32,000 bases of DNA from Synechocystis sp. PCC 6803 substr. PCC-P (GTDB lineage Bacteria; Cyanobacteriota; Cyanobacteriia; Cyanobacteriales; Microcystaceae). The translations under genes were made by a program, and so were the position numbers. The notes below the pieces were generated by a model. The model saw only the letters and a list, made by a program, of their open reading frames with translations. It did no database searches and had not been told where the DNA came from. The DNA is taken from the NCBI RefSeq assembly GCF_000284455.1, contig NC_017039.1, positions 2,640,001 to 2,672,000 on the forward strand, read 5' to 3'. The stretch's first letter is position 1, and every line of letters begins with the position of its first letter. Shown here in pieces: positions 19,786 through 27,983 of this stretch.

Positions 19786-21111
19786 ATGTTTCAGGCCACC
19801 CGTCGACGTTTAGCTTTGTGGTACACCTTGGTAACAGCGGTGTTATTGTTGCTATTTGCTAGCGGGGTTTATTTCTATGTCCGTCAAACCTTGGTAGAAA
19901 GAATTGATGACACCCTTAAGCATGTGGTGGAAGTGGTGAATCGTTCTCTGGTGGTACAAGGCCTAGACCAGGCGGAATATGGGCTGAATGTGTCGGCAAG
20001 TTTTCGCGATAATGACGCTTCCGTGGACGATGACCACATTGATTTGGAGTGGTTCAGTGCGGAGGGTCGCTTGCTGTGGTCCACCATGGGCAACAATTCT
20101 CCCCTTTCCCTTGCTAGCCAATCTAAGACAGAGACAGTTTCTTTTTCCGGCGATCGCCAGTTGCGCCAAGTAACGAAAAGAATTCAGGAAGGGGGCATGG
20201 TATTGGGCTATCTGCGGGTGAGCCATCCTTGGTTTGAAGTGACTAAACCCATTCAGCAATTGGCCTGGGATTTAAGCTTGGGGCTAACTATTTTGGTGAG
20301 TAGTGCGGCGGCCATTGGTTGGTTTCTATCGGGGTTAGCGATGGAGCCGATCGCCGAATCTTACCAGAGCTTGAAACAGTTCACCGCCGATGCCTCCCAC
20401 GAACTTAGAAACCCCATTGCGGTGATTCAAACCAATGTGCAACAGGCTTTGGAATATCCCGAAGCGGACCCCCAACAACAACGCCAACAACTCCAGGTCA
20501 TTGAACGACTTACCCAACGGCTGGGCAATTTGGTTAATGATTTGCTCTTCCTGGCCCGTTCTGACAGTGGGACCCTCGGCCGGACTTGGCAAACCATTCC
20601 TTTGGATGCGTTGTTGATTGAGGTGATTGAAGAACAACGGCTCACCGCTGAACAACGGGGAATTTTTCTTTCCCTTAGAATCGAAAGCCGGGGAGAGGAA
20701 CTGGAGGAAGATTTCACTGTGCAAGGAGATTGGGACCAGTTGGCTCGCCTATTCACTAACCTAATTACCAACGCCTTTGACCATAGCCGGCCCCGGGAAC
20801 AAACGGAACCTTCCGTAGCCCTCACCCTAGAACACTGTACTGCTGACCATGGGGCCCTGCGACCTAGGCAATCTGGCTTACAGGTCACAGTGGCAGATAA
20901 CGGGGTGGGCATTGACCCAGAGCAAATTCCCCATTTATTTGACCGCTTTTTCCGGGCGGATCCTTCCCGATCGCCTAATCAAGGGGTTGGCCTCGGGCTG
21001 GCGATTGTGGCGGCCATTGTTCAGCATCACCAGGGCAAAATCAGTGTCACCAGTTCTCCCCAGGGCAGTCAATTTCGGGTGCAACTGCCTAGTGCCGCTC
21101 CTCTTGGATAG
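19786..21111 (+). CDS. manS: Two-component sensor histidine kinase, resembling cyanobacterial ManS/Hik27
   Basis: MFQATRRRLALWYTLVTAVLLLLFASGVYFYVRQ (TM1), periplasmic loop, TM2, H-box DASHELRNPIAVIQTNV, N-box NLITNAFDH, G1 VADNGVGIDPEQI and G2 GVGLGLAIVAAIV. The track start at 19756 uses TTG. The ATG at 19786 is preferred. The ManS label is from memory of Synechocystis gene order. Confidence 0.85.
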   Translation: MFQATRRRLALWYTLVTAVLLLLFASGVYFYVRQTLVERIDDTLKHVVEVVNRSLVVQGLDQAEYGLNVSASFRDNDASVDDDHIDLEWFSAEGRLLWSTMGNNSPLSLASQSKTETVSFSGDRQLRQVTKRIQEGGMVLGYLRVSHPWFEVTKPIQQLAWDLSLGLTILVSSAAAIGWFLSGLAMEPIAESYQSLKQFTADASHELRNPIAVIQTNVQQALEYPEADPQQQRQQLQVIERLTQRLGNLVNDLLFLARSDSGTLGRTWQTIPLDALLIEVIEEQRLTAEQRGIFLSLRIESRGEELEEDFTVQGDWDQLARLFTNLITNAFDHSRPREQTEPSVALTLEHCTADHGALRPRQSGLQVTVADNGVGIDPEQIPHLFDRFFRADPSRSPNQGVGLGLAIVAAIVQHHQGKISVTSSPQGSQFRVQLPSAAPLG

Positions 21112-21192
21112 GCAGTTAAATTTCCCAGTTTTAAACTTCTTACTTTGCTTTATCGTTTCCCTACGATTTCCCCTGCTCACTGAACAACAAAG

Positions 21193-21513
21193 CTAATTAT
21201 TTTCCTGTTTTTCCGCCGATTGTCGGGCTAGACCCTGGATAAAGCCAAAAACTACCAACAGATTGGAAAGGGATAAAAATACCTCTGCACTGCCGTGGAG
21301 CCAATCTACATCGGCCAACTGGGCTTGGTAATGGCTTTCAGCGTAGAGCCCCGCAGGGATAGTTACCACAACAAACACCAATAGAACATAAAATCCCACC
21401 ATTACGAGCTTGGGGGTTTGCGGCGATTGCCGTAGAAACCAGAGAAAACCCAGGTAGGGAAAAAGGGAAAGGGCAAAAAGATTTTCCTTGGCAAAAATTT
21501 GGCTAAGTTCCAT
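21193..21513 (-). CDS. DUF3593-like small membrane protein
   Basis: MELSQIFAKENLFALSLFPYLGFLWFLRQSPQTPKLVMVGFYVLLVFVVVTIPAGLYAE...VDWLHGSAEVFLSLSNLLVVFGFIQGLA. The start at 21513 overlaps the upstream gene's stop as TGATG, rather than the longer track start at 21624. Confidence 0.75.
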   Translation of the reverse strand: MELSQIFAKENLFALSLFPYLGFLWFLRQSPQTPKLVMVGFYVLLVFVVVTIPAGLYAESHYQAQLADVDWLHGSAEVFLSLSNLLVVFGFIQGLARQSAEKQENN

Positions 21514-21827
21514 CAGGGCTTGGGGGCAGAGGGCTGGGCTGATTGACGATAAATCCACCAGGCCGCCAGGCAAAGGGTAATATTGCCAATCACGGTGGTC
21601 AGGGCCTGGAGCGTCACTAACCAATCTAACTGACTAGCATTGTCAAAGAAATGCCAAGTACAGGCACAGGTGGCACTCACCAGGGCTGGCACCATCCCCC
21701 AGGCCAGGGCCCGCCAGTGGCCATAACCAGCTTTTGTAGCATAACGACTCACCAAGGCGATCGCCACGATCCATTCAATGACACTGGAAACATGAACCAT
21801 CCAAGTGGGAATTGAGAGAGCATTCAC
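21513..21827 (-). CDS. DUF2499 / Ycf49-like membrane protein
   Basis: IPTWMVHVSSVIEWIVAIALVSRYA...GHWRALAWGMVPALVSATCACTWHFFDN...LVTLQALTTVIGNITLCLAAWWIYRQ. Confidence 0.85.
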   Translation of the reverse strand: MNALSIPTWMVHVSSVIEWIVAIALVSRYATKAGYGHWRALAWGMVPALVSATCACTWHFFDNASQLDWLVTLQALTTVIGNITLCLAAWWIYRQSAQPSAPKP

Positions 21828-22229
21828 TATGGGCTATCCTGGGTGACTGATTTCTATTCAGTAACGATTGCAATCAAAACAAACCAATCATACTGTTCAA
21901 AGCCACTGCCGACTGGGGAAAGCAACCTGAGCCATATCTTTTAGGCAAGACCTTTAGGCAAATGGTAACAAAAGCGTTTCGTCTGGTGTGGTTGCAATTT
22001 AGGGTTCCGAGGAAAAACTCCACTACCTCGATGATGTTAGTCCCATGGGGTGGTCGTTGCGGAAAAACGCTCCATCTGACCGATTGGTTAACTCTGGCTA
22101 ATTTCGGTTAATACCTACGGCTGGCGATCGCCAGTAATTTCCGAAACCAATCAGTGCCTGGGTTGGGCTCTTGGCCGGAGGAAATGTCCTACCATGGGGA
22201 ATACGTAACGAAATATTAAGCAAGTTTCT

Positions 22230-23714
22230 GTGCTTGTTGCTATGTCCATGACCCCGATCGCCATTTTATTCTCCACTCCCTTGAAGCGTTTCCTGCGGGA
22301 AAAGGTGCTCCTGGGCAATGCTCCCAGTTGGGAGTTACTGGCCATCCTCAGCATTTACTTTGTACAAGGGGTGTTGGGTCTCTCCCGTTTAGCAGTGAGC
22401 TTTTTCCTCAAGGATGAACTGGGACTGAGTCCGGCGGCTATGGGGGCTCTGATTGGTTTAGGGGCGGCGCCCTGGATTCTGAAGCCAGTGCTTGGTTTAA
22501 TGTCCGACACGGTGCCTCTATTTGGCTATCGACGGCGATCATACCTCTGGTTATCGGGGTTAATGGGTAGTGCCGGTTGGCTATTGTTTGCTGCCTGGGT
22601 GAGCAGTGGTACTCAAGCCGGGTTAGTGTTGCTTTTCACTTCCCTATCCGTGGCGATCGGCGATGTGATTGTCGATTCCCTAGTGGTGGAACGGGCCCAA
22701 CGGGAATCCTTAGCCCAAGTGGGATCTTTGCAATCCCTCACCTGGGGAGCCGCCGCCGTGGGGGGCATTATCACCGCCTATGCCAGTGGGGCTTTGTTGG
22801 AGTGGTTTAGCACCCGCACCGTATTCGCCATCACCGCCATTTTTCCTTTGCTGACCGTTGGGGCAGCTTTTTTAATCAGCGAAGTTTCCACCGCTGAGGA
22901 AGAGGAGAAACCGCAACCCAAGGCCCAAATTAAATTGGTTTGGCAGGCGGTACGTCAAAAAACGATTCTATTGCCCACTTTGTTTATTTTCTTTTGGCAG
23001 GCAACCCCCAGCGCCGAGTCAGCCTTTTTTTATTTCACCACCAACGAGTTAGGCTTTGAGCCGAAATTTTTGGGGCGGGTGCGCTTGGTCACTAGCGTGG
23101 CCGGATTGATTGGGGTGGGACTTTACCAACGCTTTTTAAAAACCTTGCCTTTCCGGGTGATCATGGGCTGGAGTACAGTGATTTCCAGCCTGCTGGGGTT
23201 AACTACCCTGATTTTAATTACCCACGCCAACCGAGCCATGGGTATTGATGACCATTGGTTTAGCTTGGGGGATAGCATTATTCTCACCGTAACGGGGCAA
23301 ATTGCCTTTATGCCGGTGTTGGTTTTGGCCGCGCGCCTCTGTCCCCCGGGCATTGAAGCGACTTTGTTTGCCCTATTGATGTCGGTGATGAATTTGGCCG
23401 GCGTATTGTCCTTCGAGGTGGGGTCATTACTGACCCATTGGTTGGGGGTAACGGAAACCCAATTTGATAATTTGGCTTTGTTGGTCATTATCACTAACCT
23501 TTCCACCCTGCTGCCCTTGCCCTTTTTGGGACTGTTGCCAGCGGGAGATCCCCAAGTAAAAGACAAAACAGAAAAAGAGGATAATCCTGATGACCCAGGC
23601 GATCGCCTGGTGTTGCCTCCAGCGGAAGTGTTTGAACATCATACAGTGGGCAGTTTGAGCGACCAAAATTTCTTGCCCGAATTTTTCCCGGAAAAAAGTT
23701 CCAGCCGTCCCTAG
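22230..23714 (+). CDS. Folate-biopterin transporter family (FBT/BT1) major facilitator
   Basis: IYFVQGVLGLSRLAVSFFLKDELGLSPAAMGALIGLGAAPWILKPVLGLMSDTVPLFGYRRRSYLWLSGLMG is the FBT family signature region. The track start is GTG, and an ATG at 22242 is also possible. Confidence 0.9.
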   Translation: MLVAMSMTPIAILFSTPLKRFLREKVLLGNAPSWELLAILSIYFVQGVLGLSRLAVSFFLKDELGLSPAAMGALIGLGAAPWILKPVLGLMSDTVPLFGYRRRSYLWLSGLMGSAGWLLFAAWVSSGTQAGLVLLFTSLSVAIGDVIVDSLVVERAQRESLAQVGSLQSLTWGAAAVGGIITAYASGALLEWFSTRTVFAITAIFPLLTVGAAFLISEVSTAEEEEKPQPKAQIKLVWQAVRQKTILLPTLFIFFWQATPSAESAFFYFTTNELGFEPKFLGRVRLVTSVAGLIGVGLYQRFLKTLPFRVIMGWSTVISSLLGLTTLILITHANRAMGIDDHWFSLGDSIILTVTGQIAFMPVLVLAARLCPPGIEATLFALLMSVMNLAGVLSFEVGSLLTHWLGVTETQFDNLALLVIITNLSTLLPLPFLGLLPAGDPQVKDKTEKEDNPDDPGDRLVLPPAEVFEHHTVGSLSDQNFLPEFFPEKSSSRP

Positions 23715-23866
23715 TTTCCGGTGAGTAGGGCTACAACGCTTTGCCCCTGGAGGCAATACTTTAGACTGGAGAGGGGATTGATTGGCCTCGAACTGCCTGT
23801 TTTGCTAATCCAGGCCACCCCGCCCAGAATCTAGCTGTGACCCTGTAACCTCCGAGTTTTGTAACA

Positions 23867-25348
23867 ATGTGGCTTCTTTTGCTCATCCTTGCTGTCATCA
23901 CTTATTTTGTGGTTAAAAGCAATGCCGCCCCCATCACCCGCACCCCGATTTGGATATTGTGGTTGGTGTTGATGGCTCCGGCCACCCTCTGGACAATTTG
24001 GGCCATGATTTACGGCCCCGATGCCCCCCTGCCGCCCCTACTGCTCCTGGGGCCATTTTTGGTTTGTCCACTGCTCTACTGGTGGTTGGTGCAAAAAGGT
24101 CGCATTGTCCCCGATAAAGAGGCCCAAGCTACCGCTTCCCCTAGCACCGATGGCACCCAAGGAAAAGAGCAGAAATCATCACAGCCAACCCCTCGACCCA
24201 TTGATGCGGCGGAAGAAAAATCTTTGCGGGATTGTTTTCCCTGGGGAGTGTATTACCTCCAGCAATTAGACTATCGCCCCCAAGCCATTCTGTGCCGAGG
24301 TAAATTACAGGTAGCGCCGGAAATGGCCTATGAACGGGTCAAGGGCAATGTGGAAGATGTCTTTGGCGATCGCTTTTTAGTTTTATTTCAAGAAAGTTTA
24401 CAAGGCCAACCTTTTTTCGCCTTGGTCCCTAACCCGGCCCAGGCGAAGGAAGATCGCGTTAATAATGGCGAAAAGCTCCATAAACCTTGGTTAGCGTTAA
24501 CCTTACTGCTGCTCACTGGGTTTACCACCACCATGGTGGGGGCGGAAATGGCCGGTTTGACCCCCGAAAAACTCCAGGCAGGCATCCAGACGTTAATGGT
24601 GGGTTTACCCTACAGTTTGGCAATTTTGACTATTTTGGGGTGCCATGAATTGAGTCACTATGGGGCAGCGATCCACTACAAAATCCGCACCACTTTGCCC
24701 TATTTCATTCCCATTCCCTTCTTTTTGGGTACCTTTGGCGCTTTTATCCAGATGAAGTCCCCGGTGCCCCACCGTAAGGCCTTATTTGATGTGGCGATCG
24801 CCGGGCCGTTGGGGGGCTTGGTGGTGGCGTTGCCAATTTTATGGTGGGGGTTGGCCCAATCCACTGTGGAACCCATGCCGGACAATACTAACCTGTTGCG
24901 GTTTGATGCCCTGGATTATCGTTTTTCTCTGCTGATGACCCTAATTACGAAGGCAGCGTTGGGCAGTCAATTAGGGGCTAATACGGTGTTAGACCTCCAT
25001 CCCTTGGCGATCGCCGGTTACATTGGTTTGATTGTGACTGCCTTGAATCTGATGCCCTTTGGTCAATTGGACGGGGGGCACATTATCCACGCCATGTTGG
25101 GACAACGGGCGGCCATTGTGACAGGGCAAATTACCAGGGTGGCCATGGTGCTGCTGTCCTTTATCCGTAGTGATTTTTTCATCTGGGCAATTATTTTGTT
25201 ACTGATGCCTGTGGGGGATCAGCCAGCTTTAAATGATGTCAGCGAGTTGGATGACCGTCGGGATTTGTTAGGTATTCTGGCGATCGCCATTTTGATTTTG
25301 ATCCTTTTGCCGGTGCCGCCCCCATTAGCCCAGTGGTTGGGAATATAG
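23867..25348 (+). CDS. Site-2-protease-like M50 zinc metalloprotease, EGY1-like
   Basis: HExxH in ILTILGCHELSHYGAAIHY, a second catalytic region NLMPFGQLDGGHI, and a large N-terminal domain. Confidence 0.92.
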   Translation: MWLLLLILAVITYFVVKSNAAPITRTPIWILWLVLMAPATLWTIWAMIYGPDAPLPPLLLLGPFLVCPLLYWWLVQKGRIVPDKEAQATASPSTDGTQGKEQKSSQPTPRPIDAAEEKSLRDCFPWGVYYLQQLDYRPQAILCRGKLQVAPEMAYERVKGNVEDVFGDRFLVLFQESLQGQPFFALVPNPAQAKEDRVNNGEKLHKPWLALTLLLLTGFTTTMVGAEMAGLTPEKLQAGIQTLMVGLPYSLAILTILGCHELSHYGAAIHYKIRTTLPYFIPIPFFLGTFGAFIQMKSPVPHRKALFDVAIAGPLGGLVVALPILWWGLAQSTVEPMPDNTNLLRFDALDYRFSLLMTLITKAALGSQLGANTVLDLHPLAIAGYIGLIVTALNLMPFGQLDGGHIIHAMLGQRAAIVTGQITRVAMVLLSFIRSDFFIWAIILLLMPVGDQPALNDVSELDDRRDLLGILAIAILILILLPVPPPLAQWLGI

Positions 25349-25368
25349 GGTTAAAAAAAATTGCTAAC

Positions 25369-26763
25369 TCAGCGGTTAATGGGGAAAAAATCGTAGCCGG
25401 TCACATGGCTGGGGGAAGGTTTAATTTGCACCAAGGTGGCTTGCCCTGCCCGATCGCCGTTGGGTAAAAAGCGCACTTCCCCGTTAATGGTGCTAGAAAC
25501 AAATTCCGGTTCCGTCAAAACTTTTTGTAAACCTTCACGGCTGGGAGCGACGGCCAAGGCATTGGCCACGACATAAACCGCATCATAGGTGGCCGCCGTA
25601 CGCCAAGACACATCTCCCCCCCAAAACTTGCGGGCCGCCTCGGCAAAGGGACGATTGGCCCCACGCTTGGAACTCCAGGGAATGGCCACCATTAAATCCA
25701 CCATGCTCTGTCCCTGCTCCAACGTTTTAATCGTAGACAGGGGACTATTGCCATAGAGCTTTAACCTTCCTCGGTTGGCATCGCCCAGGGCAAAGGCACG
25801 GTCTAGACGATCGATGTGGGGCAAAATCAGCAATCCCTGGGCCCCGCTGGCAACAATTTCTGCCATTTTGGTTTGGCTGTTGAAATTAGCTTCACTCAGA
25901 TCGCAGACGGTGGGGGCTAACTGGCCGCCGCTGGCCAACAAACCAGTGGTAAATTCCTGGTAAAAAGAAACGCCATCGGGAGCTTTGGAATCGTAGCAAA
26001 CCGCCACTTGGTCCACTTCTTTCCCGACCTGTTGCACCAAGGTTTGGGCGGAGGTATTGATTTGGGGAATAACCCGAAAAATATGGTTGCCAACATTGGT
26101 AATGCCATTGGCGTCGCTGGTGGCGTTGACCAGCACTAATCCCCCCGCTTCGTAGGTAGGGGCCGCACTGAGGGTGGCACTGCTGGCATTGTGTCCCACC
26201 ACCCCCAAAATCTGATTTTGTTTGACTAACTCCCCGGCAAATTGTTGGGCTAAAGTGCCGTCATTGGCATCATTGACAATGGTGATGTGCAGAAAACGAC
26301 CGTCAATCCCGCCCTTTTGATTAATTTCTTCCTGGGCCTGGGCCGCTCCTCGCAAAATTTCCTGGGCAATGTTGAGGCTACTGCCCACCGGGGCCACCAC
26401 CGCTATCTGGAGGGGATTATGGTCTAAAGCCCGCAGATTGTTCAGATAGATCCAGGCTTCCGGGTCGTTGGGGGATTTTTCCAGATATTGAGTTAACTGT
26501 TGCAACGCTTCCTGGTTTTTACCCCCGGCGATCGCCTTGGAAGCAAATAGTTTAGTTTCGTTATCCATGGTGGGAACAAGCACCTTTTCCCCCGTGCTGA
26601 CATTGGCTTGTAATTCCCTTGGCATGGACCCCGTGGTGGATAAACCGGGCCCCACCGTAGCAGGATTCATTCTATTAAATAAAAACCAACCTCCCCCTCC
26701 CACAATGCCCAAGGTGACTAACAACGCACCGATTAAAATGGGAATCTCGTTTTTGTTGGACAT
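25369..26763 (-). CDS. Membrane-anchored type-1 periplasmic-binding-fold (Leu/amide/urea-binding-like) protein
   Basis: MSNKNEIPILIGALLVTLGIVGGGGWFLF anchor, a short repeat-like region (NQEALQQLTQYLEKSPNDPEAWIYLNNLRAL), then LQIAVVAPVGSSLNIAQEILRGAAQAQEEINQKGGIDGRFLHITIVNDAND...ILGVVGHNASSATLSAAPTYEAGGLVLVNATSDANGIT...VFRVIP-like core. The ATG at 26763 is preferred over the track start at 26799. Confidence 0.85.
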   Translation of the reverse strand: MSNKNEIPILIGALLVTLGIVGGGGWFLFNRMNPATVGPGLSTTGSMPRELQANVSTGEKVLVPTMDNETKLFASKAIAGGKNQEALQQLTQYLEKSPNDPEAWIYLNNLRALDHNPLQIAVVAPVGSSLNIAQEILRGAAQAQEEINQKGGIDGRFLHITIVNDANDGTLAQQFAGELVKQNQILGVVGHNASSATLSAAPTYEAGGLVLVNATSDANGITNVGNHIFRVIPQINTSAQTLVQQVGKEVDQVAVCYDSKAPDGVSFYQEFTTGLLASGGQLAPTVCDLSEANFNSQTKMAEIVASGAQGLLILPHIDRLDRAFALGDANRGRLKLYGNSPLSTIKTLEQGQSMVDLMVAIPWSSKRGANRPFAEAARKFWGGDVSWRTAATYDAVYVVANALAVAPSREGLQKVLTEPEFVSSTINGEVRFLPNGDRAGQATLVQIKPSPSHVTGYDFFPINR

Positions 26764-26915
26764 ATTGGTACTCACACTTAAGGGCAACCGACCAAACACA
26801 GCTTGGTAGGCATCAAGGGTATTCTTTCCAACATACTAGACCTCAAAGCCTGTCCCCATGGTTTCCCTCTGCTGTAGTTACCGAAAGACGATCGCCTTTT
26901 GACTACGGTTCATCG

Positions 26916-27983
26916 ATGGGAAAATGTTCTTATCGATTCATTTCCTTGCAAACCTTGACCCCTAATTCTTTGCTTGATCACTCGCCCAACCCCACCATTT
27001 GGGCAAAACCCTTGCAAATTGGTTCCCTAACTCTCCACAGCCGGGTGCTCCAGTCCCCTTTATCGGGGGTGACGGATTTGGTTTTTCGGCGTTTGGTGCG
27101 GCGCTATGCTCCCCAGGCCATGCTCTACACGGAAATGGTCAGCGCCACAGAAATCCACCATCTCCGTACTTTGCCCCAGGTGATGGAAATTGATCCCCGG
27201 GAAAATCCCATCAGTATCCAACTGTTTGACTGTCGGCCGGACTTTATGGCGGAAGCGGCCCAGAAAGCGGTGGCCCAGGGAGCCCAATCGGTGGACATTA
27301 ATATGGGCTGTCCGGTCAATAAAATCACCAAAAAGGGGGGCGGTTCGTCCCTTCTGCGGCAACCGGCAGTGGCCGAAGCGATTGTTAAAACTGTGGTGGC
27401 AGCGGTGGATGTGCCTGTTACTGTCAAAACTCGCCTCGGTTGGGATGATGGGGAAATTAATATTGTCGAATTTGCCCAAAGATTGCAGGATGCGGGGGCG
27501 CAAATGTTGACCCTCCATGGCCGCACCAGGGCCCAGGGCTATAACGGCCGGGCCCGGTGGCAGTGGATTGCCAAAGTTAAACAAGCTCTGACCATACCCG
27601 TCATTGCCAATGGCGATATTTTTTCGGTAGAAGCGGCGATCGCCTGTTTAGAGGAAACCGGGGCGGACGGAGTGATGTGTTCCCGGGGCAGTTTGGGCTA
27701 TCCCTTTTTAGTGGGGGAAATTGAGCATTTTTTTAAAACTGGGGAAAAACGAAAAGCTCCCACGGTCGCAGAAAAATTAACCTGTGCCCAGGAACATCTA
27801 CAAATGCTTTGGGAATATAAGGGGCAACGAGGACTTTTCCAAGCCCGGAAACATTTAGCTTGGTACTGCAAAGATTTTCCCGGAGCGGCAGCGTTACGGG
27901 AACAACTTTTTCAGATCAATTCTGTACAGGAAGGCAAAGATTTACTGGATCAAGCTATCAGCACAGCAAAATTGTGCCTGTAA
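26916..27983 (+). CDS. tRNA-dihydrouridine synthase, Dus/NifR3 family
   Basis: LQSPLSGVTDLVFRRLVRRYA...YTEMVSA...QLFDCRPDFMAEAAQKAVAQGAQSVDINMGCPVNKITKKGGGSSLLRQP...VKTRLGWDD...LTLHGRTRAQGY...PVIANGDIFS. Confidence 0.95.
   Translation: MGKCSYRFISLQTLTPNSLLDHSPNPTIWAKPLQIGSLTLHSRVLQSPLSGVTDLVFRRLVRRYAPQAMLYTEMVSATEIHHLRTLPQVMEIDPRENPISIQLFDCRPDFMAEAAQKAVAQGAQSVDINMGCPVNKITKKGGGSSLLRQPAVAEAIVKTVVAAVDVPVTVKTRLGWDDGEINIVEFAQRLQDAGAQMLTLHGRTRAQGYNGRARWQWIAKVKQALTIPVIANGDIFSVEAAIACLEETGADGVMCSRGSLGYPFLVGEIEHFFKTGEKRKAPTVAEKLTCAQEHLQMLWEYKGQRGLFQARKHLAWYCKDFPGAAALREQLFQINSVQEGKDLLDQAISTAKLCL

Noticed and set aside
22151-22354. 67-aa minus-strand ORF at the FBT transporter start
   Set aside because: It overlaps the N-terminal coding region of the transporter and has no motif.
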